DNA from: Candidatus Marinacidobacterium sp.
Lineage (GTDB): Bacteria > Acidobacteriota > Vicinamibacteria > Marinacidobacterales > Marinacidobacteraceae
DNA length: 64,000 nucleotides
Reading direction: 5' to 3'
Assembly (NCBI GenBank): GCA_965220965.1
Contig: OZ244852.1
Span: 2,080,001 to 2,144,000 of the forward strand
The position numbers and the translations under genes are program-made. Below the pieces are notes generated by a model. That model did no database searches, was not told the origin of the DNA, and was given only the letters and a program-made list of their open reading frames with translations. Positions 1 to 9,311 of the stretch are shown here, piece after piece (position 1 is the stretch's first letter; each line of letters starts with the position of its first letter).

Positions 1-612
1 GCGATCGCCACGATCGGCGTCTCGGAGGCCACCCGGATCGTGGCGAACCACATCGAGGCGGCCGGAGGCGCTTCCGGCCTGACGCTTCCCCTCGAGCAGG
101 ACAGCGGCGCGGTGGCGCTCTATGCGCTCGGCGCGGTCCTCGCGGTCGGCGCGGTGCTGGCGGCCGATCTCGTCCGCCGCTCCCGGCTAGGGCTTGGCCT
201 GATCGCCCTGCGGGAGGACGCCCGCGCCGCCGCCGCCTCCGGGGTGGACGTGGCGAAAGAGCAGGTCAAGGCGTTCGCGCTGGCCGCCGCGATCACCGGA
301 CTCGGCGGCAGCTACTACGCGCTGTTCACGCTTTACGTTGTTCCCGAGAAGGTGTTCGGCTTCGATCTGTCGATCAGCCTGGTGCTCATGGTGCTGGTGG
401 GAGGCATCGGCACCGTGACCGGCCCGGTGCTCGGCGCCGCGATCTATCTGGTGCTCGAGCAGTTCGTGCTCGCGAGTCTCGCCGACATCCACCTCGCCGC
501 CTTCGGGGCGCTGCTCATCTTCATCGTCGTGCTGGAACCGCGCGGGCTGGCGCCCCGGCTCGCCCAGGGACTACGGTGGGCGCGCGGCCGCCTCAGGGGC
601 GCTGACAGATGA
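1..612 (+). CDS. livM: Branched-chain amino acid ABC transporter permease (LivM-like), 5'-truncated by window edge
   Basis: Frame is open from base 1. Hydrophobic protein with RSRLGLGLIALREDARAAAASGVD and VLVGGIGTVTGPVLGA signatures; stop overlaps the next ATG. Confidence 0.85.
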   Translation, partial: AIATIGVSEATRIVANHIEAAGGASGLTLPLEQDSGAVALYALGAVLAVGAVLAADLVRRSRLGLGLIALREDARAAAASGVDVAKEQVKAFALAAAITGLGGSYYALFTLYVVPEKVFGFDLSISLVLMVLVGGIGTVTGPVLGAAIYLVLEQFVLASLADIHLAAFGALLIFIVVLEPRGLAPRLAQGLRWARGRLRGADR

Positions 613-1394
613 CCGCCACCAGCGAATCCGGCGTCGTGCTCGAAGCGCGGGGCCTGACCCGTCGGTTCGGGGGGCTCACGGCGGTGCGTCAGGTGGACCT
701 CGATCTCCGCGCCGGCGAGGCGCTCGGGCTGATCGGGCCGAACGGCGCCGGCAAGACCACCCTGTTCAACCTCCTCGCCGGACAGCTCCGCTGCGACGAA
801 GGCGCGGTGCGCCTCCTCGGAACGCGGGTGGAGGGCCGGCCCGCGCACCGGATCTGCCGAATGGGACTGGCGCGCACCTTCCAGGTGCCGCGCCCGTTCC
901 TCGCGCTGACCGTTTCGGAAGCGGTGCTGGTGGGCGCCCGGTTCGGGCGGCCGACGCCAGGCAGGTCGCCGTTCGCGGTGGCGGACGATTGCCTGGAGCG
1001 GACGGGTCTGGCGAGCCGCAGCGACGACCCCGTCCTTTCGCTGAACCTCGCCGACCGGAAACGCCTCGACCTGGCCCGCGCGATCGCCTCGAACCCCCAG
1101 GTGCTGCTGGTGGACGAGGCCGCCGCCGGGCTGAACCCCACCGAGGTGCGGGAGATCGTGGGGCTGCTGCGCGACGTGCGGGCGTCCGGCGTGGGGATCG
1201 TCTATGTGGAGCACGTCATGGAGGCGGTGCTCGACCTCTCGGACCGGGTCCAGGTGCTGGACCAGGGGGCGACGATCGCCGTGGGCTCCCCGGAGGAGGT
1301 CACGCGGAACCCGGTCGTGGTGGAGGCCTACCTGGGCCGTCCGGTGGAGACGCTCGTCGAGACCGGCGGCGCGGAAGCGGGGCATGCCGGATGA
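609..1394 (+). CDS. livG: Branched-chain amino acid ABC transporter ATP-binding protein (LivG-like)
   Basis: Walker A GPNGAGKTT, ARTFQ, LLVDEAAAGLN, and C-terminal VVEAYLG. Confidence 0.88.
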   Translation: MTATSESGVVLEARGLTRRFGGLTAVRQVDLDLRAGEALGLIGPNGAGKTTLFNLLAGQLRCDEGAVRLLGTRVEGRPAHRICRMGLARTFQVPRPFLALTVSEAVLVGARFGRPTPGRSPFAVADDCLERTGLASRSDDPVLSLNLADRKRLDLARAIASNPQVLLVDEAAAGLNPTEVREIVGLLRDVRASGVGIVYVEHVMEAVLDLSDRVQVLDQGATIAVGSPEEVTRNPVVVEAYLGRPVETLVETGGAEAGHAG

Positions 1395-2224
1395 GCCGCT
1401 CCCTCGAGATCCGCGACCTCGAAGTGCGGCGAGGCGGCGCCCGGGTGCTGCGGGGGATTTCCCTGGACGTCGGGAGCCGGGAGGTCGTGGCCCTTCTCGG
1501 AGCGAACGGAGCGGGCAAGACGACCACGCTGCGGGCCATCAGCGGCCTCTCGCGCGCCGAGGGCGGCGAGGTGCGCTTCGACGGCCGGCGGATCTCCGGC
1601 ATCGGCCCGACCTCGGTCGTGGCCGCCGGCGTGGCCCACGTTCCCGAGGGAAGCCGCGTCTGGCCCGAGATGACGGTGATGGAGAACCTGCGGCTCGGGG
1701 CGTTCGCGGTGCGGCGGCGCGGCGGCCTGGAGGACCGGCTGGACCGGATCCTGACGCTCCTGCCCCGGCTTCGGGAGCGCGCGGCGCAGCTCGCCGGGAC
1801 GCTCTCCGGCGGCGAGCGTCAGATGGCGGCGATCGGCCGCGCCCTCATGGCGGCGCCGAAGCTGCTCCTGATGGACGAGCCCTCACTCGGGCTGTCCCCC
1901 CGGGTCGTGGACACCGTCTTCGAGACGATCCGGGCGATCCGCAGCGAAGGCGTCGCGGTCCTGCTGGTGGAGCAGAACGTGGTGCGGGCGCTCGAGATCG
2001 CGGAGCGCGGCTACGTGCTCGACGGCGGGCGCATCGTCCGCACCGGCGCCGGGCGGGAGCTCCTGGAAGATCCAGAGGTCCGCGAGGCGTACCTCGGAAG
2101 ACCACGCAGCACGGGAAGACCACGCAGCACGGGAAGACCACGCAGCACGGGAAGACCACGCAGCACGGGAAGACCACGCAGCACGGGAAGCCCACGCGGC
2201 GCCGGGACGGGGCGGTCCTCCTGA
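1391..2224 (+). CDS. livF: Branched-chain amino acid ABC transporter ATP-binding protein (LivF-like) with a repeat-extended C-terminus
   Basis: ATG 1391 overlaps the livG stop (ATGA). GANGAGKTT, LSGGERQM, LLMDEPSLGL, LLVEQN, REAYLG. The ORF-track start at 989 is too far upstream. Confidence 0.88.
   Translation: MSRSLEIRDLEVRRGGARVLRGISLDVGSREVVALLGANGAGKTTTLRAISGLSRAEGGEVRFDGRRISGIGPTSVVAAGVAHVPEGSRVWPEMTVMENLRLGAFAVRRRGGLEDRLDRILTLLPRLRERAAQLAGTLSGGERQMAAIGRALMAAPKLLLMDEPSLGLSPRVVDTVFETIRAIRSEGVAVLLVEQNVVRALEIAERGYVLDGGRIVRTGAGRELLEDPEVREAYLGRPRSTGRPRSTGRPRSTGRPRSTGRPRSTGSPRGAGTGRSS
2096..2203 (+). repeat. 18-bp tandem repeat GGAAGACCACGCAGCACG: 5 perfect copies plus 1 degenerate
   Basis: Units start at 2096, 2114, 2132, 2150 and 2168, with a degenerate unit at 2186. 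Encodes (GRPRST)n after the conserved EAYL end of LivF. Confidence 0.95.
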
Positions 2225-2306
2225 CCCTCGGCGACCTGACCCTGAATCTCCGCCAGGCGGGGACGGGGGTCGGGGCGCGCGAGGGTGTCGGGGCGCGTGT
2301 GGGGGT

Positions 2307-3743
2307 CTACTGGGAGATCCAGCCGGTGACCGGGACGAACTCCCCGTTCTCGACGCGCTTCAGCGTCACGGCGTCGAAGCCGCGGTGGTTCTCGTCGCTG
2401 AAGGTCACCGGGTGGCCCATCAGCCCTTGCCAGTTGTCCAGCGTCTCGAGGGCGCGGAGCAGGTTGATCCGCCGGAGGTCGGGGCCGGCGCGCTCCATCC
2501 CCTCGTGCGCCAGTTGCGCCCACGCCATGCCGAGCATCGCGTAGTCGCCGAACGGCACGTCGGGGGCGTAGTCCCGAAGAATCTCCCGCACCAGCCGGGT
2601 CGCGTCGGTGTCGAGGCTCAGGTCCGGCGTCGTGGAAGCCACGACCGCACCTTCCATCGCCTCGCCCGCCATCTCGATCATGATCGGGTCGGCCATCGCG
2701 ATGGAGCCGAGGATCAGGGGATTCCAGTCCTCGTCCCCGTCGGCTGCGATCGCGTCGAGCACCGCGGCGCCGAACTCGGCGACGCCCCAGACGACGATGG
2801 CGTCCGCGTTACGGGCCTTCAACTGGGCGATCGCTTCCTGCACCTGGGAACCGTCCTTCGAGGCCCGCAGCATGCCGACATCCTCGGGGGCCCGCTCGGG
2901 ACGTTCCCAGCGGCCGCCCTCCGGGCGCTCCGCCCGATACAGGTCGCCCTCGCCCCCCGCGGGGATCTCGAGCCAGCCTTCGCTCGCCGGGTCGTTCGAG
3001 CGCGGACGCCGCGGGTTGCGTTCCCCGGGAGGGAGCCGCGCATACCGGACCTCGAGTCCCTCCGGCAGGTTGGCGCGGATGTCCTCGTAGAAGGCGCGGA
3101 CGCCGAGGCGGTAGCCCTCCTGCCCCTGCGAGCCGAACGGGGTGTCCTCGGCGAGGGAGCCGATCCGGGTCGCGCCGAGCTCCGCCAGCGCGTGCCGGGC
3201 GAGGGCCTGGGCGGCGGTGATCGAGGTGGGGAAGATCGAGAAGGTGTAGGCGTGGAACGGATCGGTCCACACGCGGGCGCTCGAGCCCGGGTTGATCCAG
3301 GGCACCAGGCGGTTCCAGACCATGTCCTGCACGGCCAGGCAGTTCGCGCTGCCGAGGCCGCCGACCATGGCGAACACCTGATCGCCGCGCAGCAGCTCCT
3401 CGACGACCTCCGGCGTGACCTCGGGGTTGCCCTGATCGTCCTTCAGGTTCAGGACGACCCGACGGCCGTGGATGCCGCCCTGGTCGTTCACCCAGTCGAA
3501 GTAGGCCGACATGGCGCGCCCGACGTTGCCGAGCGCGGCGAACTCACCGGTGAGCGGCGCGAAACTCCCGAGGAGAATTTCGTCCGAGGAGACCCCGATG
3601 TCGGGGCCGCCGCAGGCGCTGGCCGAGGCCGCCAGCAGGGCGGCCGCGAGGGCCGCGGCCGGGCCGCGGCGGGAGCGCAGGGAAGGAGCGGATCGGGCGG
3701 GGGCGCGTTCGGGTCGCAAGACGATTCCTCCGGGAATGGTCAA
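2307..3743 (-). CDS. ABC transporter substrate-binding lipoprotein, type I periplasmic binding (Leu/Ile/Val-like) fold
   Basis: Lipobox-like ASACGG, APLTGEFAALG, VNDQGGIHGRRV...DDQGNP. True start may be downstream of 3743. Confidence 0.8.
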   Translation of the reverse strand: MTIPGGIVLRPERAPARSAPSLRSRRGPAAALAAALLAASASACGGPDIGVSSDEILLGSFAPLTGEFAALGNVGRAMSAYFDWVNDQGGIHGRRVVLNLKDDQGNPEVTPEVVEELLRGDQVFAMVGGLGSANCLAVQDMVWNRLVPWINPGSSARVWTDPFHAYTFSIFPTSITAAQALARHALAELGATRIGSLAEDTPFGSQGQEGYRLGVRAFYEDIRANLPEGLEVRYARLPPGERNPRRPRSNDPASEGWLEIPAGGEGDLYRAERPEGGRWERPERAPEDVGMLRASKDGSQVQEAIAQLKARNADAIVVWGVAEFGAAVLDAIAADGDEDWNPLILGSIAMADPIMIEMAGEAMEGAVVASTTPDLSLDTDATRLVREILRDYAPDVPFGDYAMLGMAWAQLAHEGMERAGPDLRRINLLRALETLDNWQGLMGHPVTFSDENHRGFDAVTLKRVENGEFVPVTGWISQ

Positions 3744-3882
3744 CGGCGAAAACGCTGATTTTACCAGTTGGCGCGGGAGGGTCCCCGTCCACCTTCGGCG
3801 CCTGCGGACCGGACCGGGGCGCGCCCCGACCGCATCCGGGGCGCTCCCGCCGACGTCGCCGGCGCTTCCCGCCGCCGACCGA

Positions 3883-4551
3883 TCAGGCGCTGGAGGGAGT
3901 TTCTCCGGACTCCTCCGTCTCGCCGGCGGTCTCCTCCGCCTGGACCTCCGGCTCTTCCGCGGCGACCGACTCTTCGGCGGCCGCCTCCGACCCGGACCCC
4001 GACGCCTCGCCCCGGACGTAGGCGCCCAGATCGCGGACCGCGTCCTCGAGCGAGGACAGCCGGTCCACCAGCAGGGAGACCTGTCCGGAGACGGTCATCC
4101 GCGTCACCTTCTTCCGCGTCGTCTTCTTGCGACTGACCTTCTTGCGCGAGACCTTCTTGCGTCCGACCTTCTTCCGGGTCACCTTCTTGCGCGCCACTTT
4201 CTTGCGGCTGACTTTCTTGCGCGTGACCTTCTTGCGAGCCACCTTCCTGCGGCCGGCTTTCTTTCTCGTGACCTTCTTGCGGGCCACCTTCTTCCTGCTG
4301 ACTTTCTTCCGGGCCACCTTCCGGCGCGTCGTCTTCTTCCTCGACACCTTCTTCGCGACCTTGCGGCGCGTGGCCTTCCTGGCCCCCACTTTCCTCCGCG
4401 CCGCCTTCTTGCGGGTGGTCTTCTTTCTCGTCGCCTTCTTCCGAAGCGTCATCGCGCTCCGCGTCGCCTTCCTCCGCACGGCCTTCTTGCGAACCGCCGC
4501 CTTTTTTCGTGTGGCTTTCTTTGCGGCGCGCTTCGCTTTCTTCTTGGGCAT
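3883..4551 (-). CDS. Histone H1-like basic repeat protein (Hc2/BpH-like composition)
   Basis: About 25 R(K/R)K(V/A/T)(A/S/T/G) pentapeptides, then a short heptad segment and an acidic tail. Confidence 0.75.
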   Translation of the reverse strand: MPKKKAKRAAKKATRKKAAVRKKAVRRKATRSAMTLRKKATRKKTTRKKAARRKVGARKATRRKVAKKVSRKKTTRRKVARKKVSRKKVARKKVTRKKAGRRKVARKKVTRKKVSRKKVARKKVTRKKVGRKKVSRKKVSRKKTTRKKVTRMTVSGQVSLLVDRLSSLEDAVRDLGAYVRGEASGSGSEAAAEESVAAEEPEVQAEETAGETEESGETPSSA

Positions 4552-4696
4552 GAAAGAGCGTTCCTCGGGGAAGGCCCGCCAGCCGTCTCTCTGGCGGGGC
4601 AGGGACGATTGGCGGAGCGTAACAGCCCGCCTCGACGCCGGTCAACGCGGCGCCGCCTGACTCCGTCGGCTCTGCGAGAATACCGGCTCACCCGGA

Positions 4697-5572
4697 ATGC
4701 CCGCCGACCCACCGACGCGAACGTCCTCCCGAATCGTCCGGAGACTCGGAGTGTGGGCCGAGTATCTCAAGCTCGAGCACACACTCTTCGCGCTTCCGAT
4801 GATCTATGCCGGAGCGTTGCTGGCGACGCCGCCGCTGACGCTCCGAACCGGCGTGCTGATCCTGATCGCCGCCACCGGGGCTCGCACCGCAGCCCTTGGC
4901 CTGAACCGCATTCTGGATCGCCATCTGGACGCGCGAAACCCGCGCACCCGGAACCGGGCCCTCCCTCGGGGAGAGCTGACTCTACGGTCAGCGAGAGTCG
5001 CCGTCGTTCTCGCGTACGCCGTCTCGGTCGCAGCCGCCATGGCGATCGCGCCGCGCCTCGCCCTCTACAGCCCGATCCCGCTCATCGCGTTCACCGCGTA
5101 CCCGTTGCTGAAGCGCGCCACGCGCTGGGCGCACCTGGGGCTCGGCGCCACGCTCGCGCTTGGCCCGCTGTGCGGCTGGTACGCCGTCAATCTGTCGTTC
5201 GCTGGCGCGGGACCCGTCCTCACGCTTGCGCTCTTCACCGCCCTGTGGTCTGCGGGCTTCGATGTTCTCTACGCCACGCAGGACGAAGCTTCGGACCGGC
5301 GAACGGGCGTCCATTCCCTTCCCGCAGCGGTGGGATCGGCGAATGCGCTGCGGATCGCGGCCGGGTTCCACGCCGCGGCCTTCGCGGCTCTATGCGCGCT
5401 GCTGTTCTCGACCACGACCGGACTGTGGACCGCCCTCTGTTTCGCCGCGGCCGGAGTCCTCTTCGTGGTGCAGCACCAGGTCCGCAAGCATCTGAACTTC
5501 GCCTTCTTCCACGTGAACGCCGCGCTCGGCGCCGTTGTCTTTCTCGGCGTGGCGCTCCGCAACCTGTCCTGA
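4697..5572 (+). CDS. mqnP: UbiA-like polyprenyltransferase (MqnP type, futalosine pathway)
   Basis: KLEHTLFALP, NRILDRHLDARNPRT, GFDVLYATQD; first gene of the mqn cluster. Confidence 0.8.
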   Translation: MPADPPTRTSSRIVRRLGVWAEYLKLEHTLFALPMIYAGALLATPPLTLRTGVLILIAATGARTAALGLNRILDRHLDARNPRTRNRALPRGELTLRSARVAVVLAYAVSVAAAMAIAPRLALYSPIPLIAFTAYPLLKRATRWAHLGLGATLALGPLCGWYAVNLSFAGAGPVLTLALFTALWSAGFDVLYATQDEASDRRTGVHSLPAAVGSANALRIAAGFHAAAFAALCALLFSTTTGLWTALCFAAAGVLFVVQHQVRKHLNFAFFHVNAALGAVVFLGVALRNLS

Positions 5573-5584
5573 CCGGAGGTCGCC

Positions 5585-6136
5585 GTGCGGGTCGTCGTCG
5601 GATTATCCGGATCTTCGGGAGCCCTCTACGGGGCGCGCTTCCTGAAGCGATGCCCGGGGGAAAAACACCTCATCGTTTCGCGATGGGGACGCGAGGTGCT
5701 GCGGCACGAAACCGGGTTTCGGGTGGAGGATCTCTCTTCCGATGTGGTGCGCGTGCATGACGACGCCGACCTGGCCGCTCCCTGGTCTTCGGGCTCGAAT
5801 CGTTACGACGCGCTGGTCGTCATTCCGTGCAGTCTCTCCACGCTCGGGAAGATCGCCGCCGGAATCGCCGACACGCTGATCACCCGCGCAGCGCAGGTGG
5901 CGCTCAAGGAACGGATGCGCCTCGTCGTCTGCGTGCGGGAAACGCCGTGGTCCACGATCACGCTCGAGAACGCGCTTCGGGTGTCCCGGGCGGGCGGAAT
6001 CGTCATGCCGGTGGCGCCTCCGCTCTACCGCAACCCCGAGTCGATGGAGCAGATCGTGGACGGGTTCTGCGACAAGGTCCTGGGCGTGATCGGCCATCCT
6101 TCCGGGCCCGGCTGGCGCGAAGAACTGACGCGCTGA
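5585..6136 (+). CDS. ubiX: Flavin prenyltransferase UbiX
   Basis: GLSGSSGALYG, SSGS, PCSLSTLGKIAAG, RAAQVALKER, RETP. Confidence 0.9.
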   Translation: MRVVVGLSGSSGALYGARFLKRCPGEKHLIVSRWGREVLRHETGFRVEDLSSDVVRVHDDADLAAPWSSGSNRYDALVVIPCSLSTLGKIAAGIADTLITRAAQVALKERMRLVVCVRETPWSTITLENALRVSRAGGIVMPVAPPLYRNPESMEQIVDGFCDKVLGVIGHPSGPGWREELTR

Positions 6137-6224
6137 GGGGGGGCGCCGGAGCTGTGCTAGCATCGGCCGTTCTCGCATCAGCGCCGCGCTCGGCGGTCGC
6201 GACGACCCGGCGGGTGGGTCCCCC

Positions 6225-7349
6225 GTGCGAGCTCCCATCGTGTCTGCAGCAGAAATCCGTTTCCGCGACCCCTCGCTGATCCCCATCCGGGACAAGGTCC
6301 TGGCGGGCGAGCGCCTCGACGCCGCCGACGGCGTGACGATGCTCCGGACCCTCGACCTGCCGGCGCTCGGACGGCTGGCCGATCACGCGGCGCGCGCCCG
6401 CAACGGCGACCGGGTGCAGTTCGTGGTGAACCGCCAGATCAACCCCACGAACCTGTGCGTCCTGTCGTGCGTCTTCTGCGACTTCGCGGCGAAGCCGGGC
6501 GATGATCACGCCTACGAACAGAGCCTCGACGAAGTCCTCGCCCAGGTGAGCCCCGACCTGTCGGAGGTCCACATCGTGGGCGGGCTCCACCCCAAGTGGA
6601 AGTTCCCGCAGTACCTGGAGATCGTCAGCGAGATCCACCGCCAGTTCCCCCGGGTGCAGATCAAGGCCTGGACCGCGGTGGAGATCGACTGGTTCGCGCG
6701 GCTCGAGCGGACGACGATCGAGGACATTCTGATCCGGCTTCAGGACGCCGGACTGAACACCCTCCCCGGCGGAGGGGCCGAAGTCTTCTCGGACCGGGTC
6801 CGGAAGGCCACCTTCCGGACCAAGATCGGACGCGAGCGCTGGTTCGAGGTGCACCGGGCGGCCCACCGGCTCGGGATCATGACGAACGCGACGCTCCTCT
6901 ACGGTCACATCGAGACCCTCGAAGAGCGGGTGGATCACATGCTGCAGCTTCGCGAGGCGCAGGACCAGAACGGGCCGGAGGACGCCGGGTTCGCGTCGTT
7001 CATCCCGCTGGCGCTCCAGCCGGGGAACACCGGCCTCGCCGAGCGGCAGGCCTCGGTGCTCGAAGACCTTCGCACCGTCGCCTGCGCCCGCCTGCTGCTG
7101 GACAACTTCCCTCACGTGAAGGCCTACTGGGTCATGCTGGGCGAGGACTCGGCGTCCATCGCGCTCAACTTCGGAGCGAGCGATCTCGACGGAACGATCG
7201 GGGAAGAGCGGATCGCCCACTACGCGCAGGCCTCGAGCCCGGTCGGCGTCGCCCGGGAAACGCTGGTCCGGATGATCCGGGACGCCGGCAAGACGCCGGT
7301 CGAGCGGGACGCGCTCTACAACACCGTGCAGGTCTGGGAAGCCGCCTGA
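6225..7349 (+). CDS. mqnE: Radical SAM aminofutalosine synthase MqnE
   Basis: NPTNLCVLSCVFCDF (CxxxCxxC), EVHIVGGLHP, PGGGAEVF, NATLLYGHIET, HVKAYWVM. Start may be GTG 6240. Confidence 0.88.
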   Translation: MRAPIVSAAEIRFRDPSLIPIRDKVLAGERLDAADGVTMLRTLDLPALGRLADHAARARNGDRVQFVVNRQINPTNLCVLSCVFCDFAAKPGDDHAYEQSLDEVLAQVSPDLSEVHIVGGLHPKWKFPQYLEIVSEIHRQFPRVQIKAWTAVEIDWFARLERTTIEDILIRLQDAGLNTLPGGGAEVFSDRVRKATFRTKIGRERWFEVHRAAHRLGIMTNATLLYGHIETLEERVDHMLQLREAQDQNGPEDAGFASFIPLALQPGNTGLAERQASVLEDLRTVACARLLLDNFPHVKAYWVMLGEDSASIALNFGASDLDGTIGEERIAHYAQASSPVGVARETLVRMIRDAGKTPVERDALYNTVQVWEAA

Positions 7350-7383
7350 TCGGCGCCGGCGCTCCCACAGTTCCAAATCGCCC

Positions 7384-8193
7384 TTGCGTCCCCTGATCGG
7401 GCAGCTCGACTACCTCAACACCCGGCCCTTCGAACCCCTGCCCGGGACGCGGATCATCCGCGCCATGCCGTCCGGGATCGGGCGGCTCGCCCGGAACCGG
7501 GAGATCCACGCCGGGCTCCTCTCGGTCGGCGACCTCCTGCGCGTCGAACGGGACTACGCGCCGCTCGGCGGCGGCCGTCCCGCCTTCGGCATCGCGTGCC
7601 GCCGACGCGCCGGAAGCGTCTTCCTGCTGTCCCGCGTCCCGGTCCCCGAACTCTCCGGCCGGACGATCGGGGTCACGAGACAGACCTCGACGGCGGTGCT
7701 GCTGCTCCGGGTGTGGCTCCGGGTCCATATCGGCGTCGTGGCGCCGAAGTACGTTCGCGGAATCTCCCGCAGCCAGGACGCCGCGCTCCTCATCGGAGAC
7801 GACGCGCTGCGCGAACGCGAGCATCCCGATCCCGAATTCCCGTTCCGGACGGACCTCGCCGCCGCCTGGCGCGAGTGGATGGGCCTGCCGTTCGTGTTCG
7901 CCGTCTGGAGCGCGCGCCGGTCCCTGACTCCGGCGCTGCATGACCGCCTGACCCGCACCCTTTCCGACGCGCTCGACTCCGGTCTGGCGGGGATCCCGGA
8001 AATCGCCCGGGAACACGCCGGGCCCCTCGGGGACGCCAGCGCGATCAGGGCCTATCTTTCCGACTTCACCTACCGCTTCGAGGACGAAGAACGACGAGGC
8101 CTGGAGGCGTTCCGGGATCTGGTGCGAGAACATCTGCCCGAAGCGACCACACTCCTTGAACCGACTCCTTCAGGAGCAGGGAACGAACGATGA
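7384..8193 (+). CDS. mqnA: Chorismate dehydratase MqnA
   Basis: YLNTRPF, SVFL, TSTAV, LLIGDDAL, DLAAAWREWMGLPFVFAVW; lies between mqnE and mqnC. Confidence 0.85.
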   Translation: MRPLIGQLDYLNTRPFEPLPGTRIIRAMPSGIGRLARNREIHAGLLSVGDLLRVERDYAPLGGGRPAFGIACRRRAGSVFLLSRVPVPELSGRTIGVTRQTSTAVLLLRVWLRVHIGVVAPKYVRGISRSQDAALLIGDDALREREHPDPEFPFRTDLAAAWREWMGLPFVFAVWSARRSLTPALHDRLTRTLSDALDSGLAGIPEIAREHAGPLGDASAIRAYLSDFTYRFEDEERRGLEAFRDLVREHLPEATTLLEPTPSGAGNER

Positions 8194-9311
8194 ACCGCAT
8201 GACGATGGCGACCATCCGCCAGAAACTGGACGGCGGCGAACGACTGACCCGCGACGACGCCGTCTGGCTGCTCTCCGAGGGGCCGCTGCTCGAAATCGGC
8301 GAGGCCGCGAACCAGGAGCGGTTCCGACGCCATTCGGAGGCCGAAGTGACGTTCGTGGTGGACACGAACCCGAACTACACGAACGTGTGCGAGGTGGACT
8401 GCACCTTCTGCGCGTTCTACCGCCGCCCCGGCCACGACGAGGCCTACACCTATACGGTCGAGAGCGTGCTCGACCGCATGGGCAAGGCGATTGAGCAGGG
8501 CGCGACGACCGTGCTGCTCCAGGGGGGCGTGAACGAGTCGCTCCCGCTGGACTACTACCTGGACCTGGTGCGCGGGACCCGGGAGCGCTACCCGGGCGTG
8601 ACCCCTCACTTCTGGTCAGCCGTCGAGATCGAAGGCATGGCGAAGGTGAGCGGCCTCTCCCTTCGCGAGGTCCTGCTTCGCCTGAATGACGCTGGGCAGG
8701 ACACCCTGCCGGGCGGCGGCGCCGAGATCCTCTCGGACCGGATCCGGCGCAAGGTCTCGCACAAGAAGGGAGGCGCGGCGGCCTGGCTGGACGTGCACCG
8801 CGAAGCGCACGCCATCGGGTGGCGGAGCACCGCCACGATGATGTACGGCCACGTCGAGGAGGTCGAGGACACCGCCGACCACCTGATGCACATCCGCGAG
8901 CTGCAGGACGAACACCGGGGCTTCACCGCGTTCGTCCCCTGGAGCTTCAAGCCGGGCAACACGCCGCTGGTGAAGAAGATCCCCAGCTACGCCGGACCGA
9001 ATGACTACCTGCGGGTCCTCGGGGTCGCCCGGCTCGTCCTCGACAACTTCGATCACATCCAGGCCTCGTGGTTCAGCGAGGGCAAGAAGGCCGGGCAGGT
9101 CGGACTCCACTGGGGCGCCGACGACTTCGGCGGCACGCTGATCGAGGAGAACGTCCACGCCTGCACCGGCTTCATCAACCGGACGAGCACCGACGAGGTG
9201 AAGACCCTGATCCGCGAGGCGGGGTTCACCCCGGTTCAGCGCGACACCCGCTACCGGATCCTGCGCCGCTTCGACGAAAACGGTTCCGGAGATCGCCCCG
9301 GCGAGTCCTGA
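8190..9311 (+). CDS. mqnC: Cyclic dehypoxanthinyl futalosine synthase MqnC
   Basis: NYTNVCEVDCTFCAFYR, LLQGG, TATMMYGHVE, FVPWSF, HIQASW, DDFGGTLIEENV. Confidence 0.9.
   Translation: MNRMTMATIRQKLDGGERLTRDDAVWLLSEGPLLEIGEAANQERFRRHSEAEVTFVVDTNPNYTNVCEVDCTFCAFYRRPGHDEAYTYTVESVLDRMGKAIEQGATTVLLQGGVNESLPLDYYLDLVRGTRERYPGVTPHFWSAVEIEGMAKVSGLSLREVLLRLNDAGQDTLPGGGAEILSDRIRRKVSHKKGGAAAWLDVHREAHAIGWRSTATMMYGHVEEVEDTADHLMHIRELQDEHRGFTAFVPWSFKPGNTPLVKKIPSYAGPNDYLRVLGVARLVLDNFDHIQASWFSEGKKAGQVGLHWGADDFGGTLIEENVHACTGFINRTSTDEVKTLIREAGFTPVQRDTRYRILRRFDENGSGDRPGES

Noticed and set aside
2096-2203. 18-bp repeat as a mini-CRISPR
   Set aside because: Head-to-tail copies with no spacers.
4127-4660. Antisense (FLRVT)n ORF and the 749-aa ORF at 3511-5760
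   Set aside because: Mirror of the RKK repeat gene; repeat DNA lacks stop codons in several frames.
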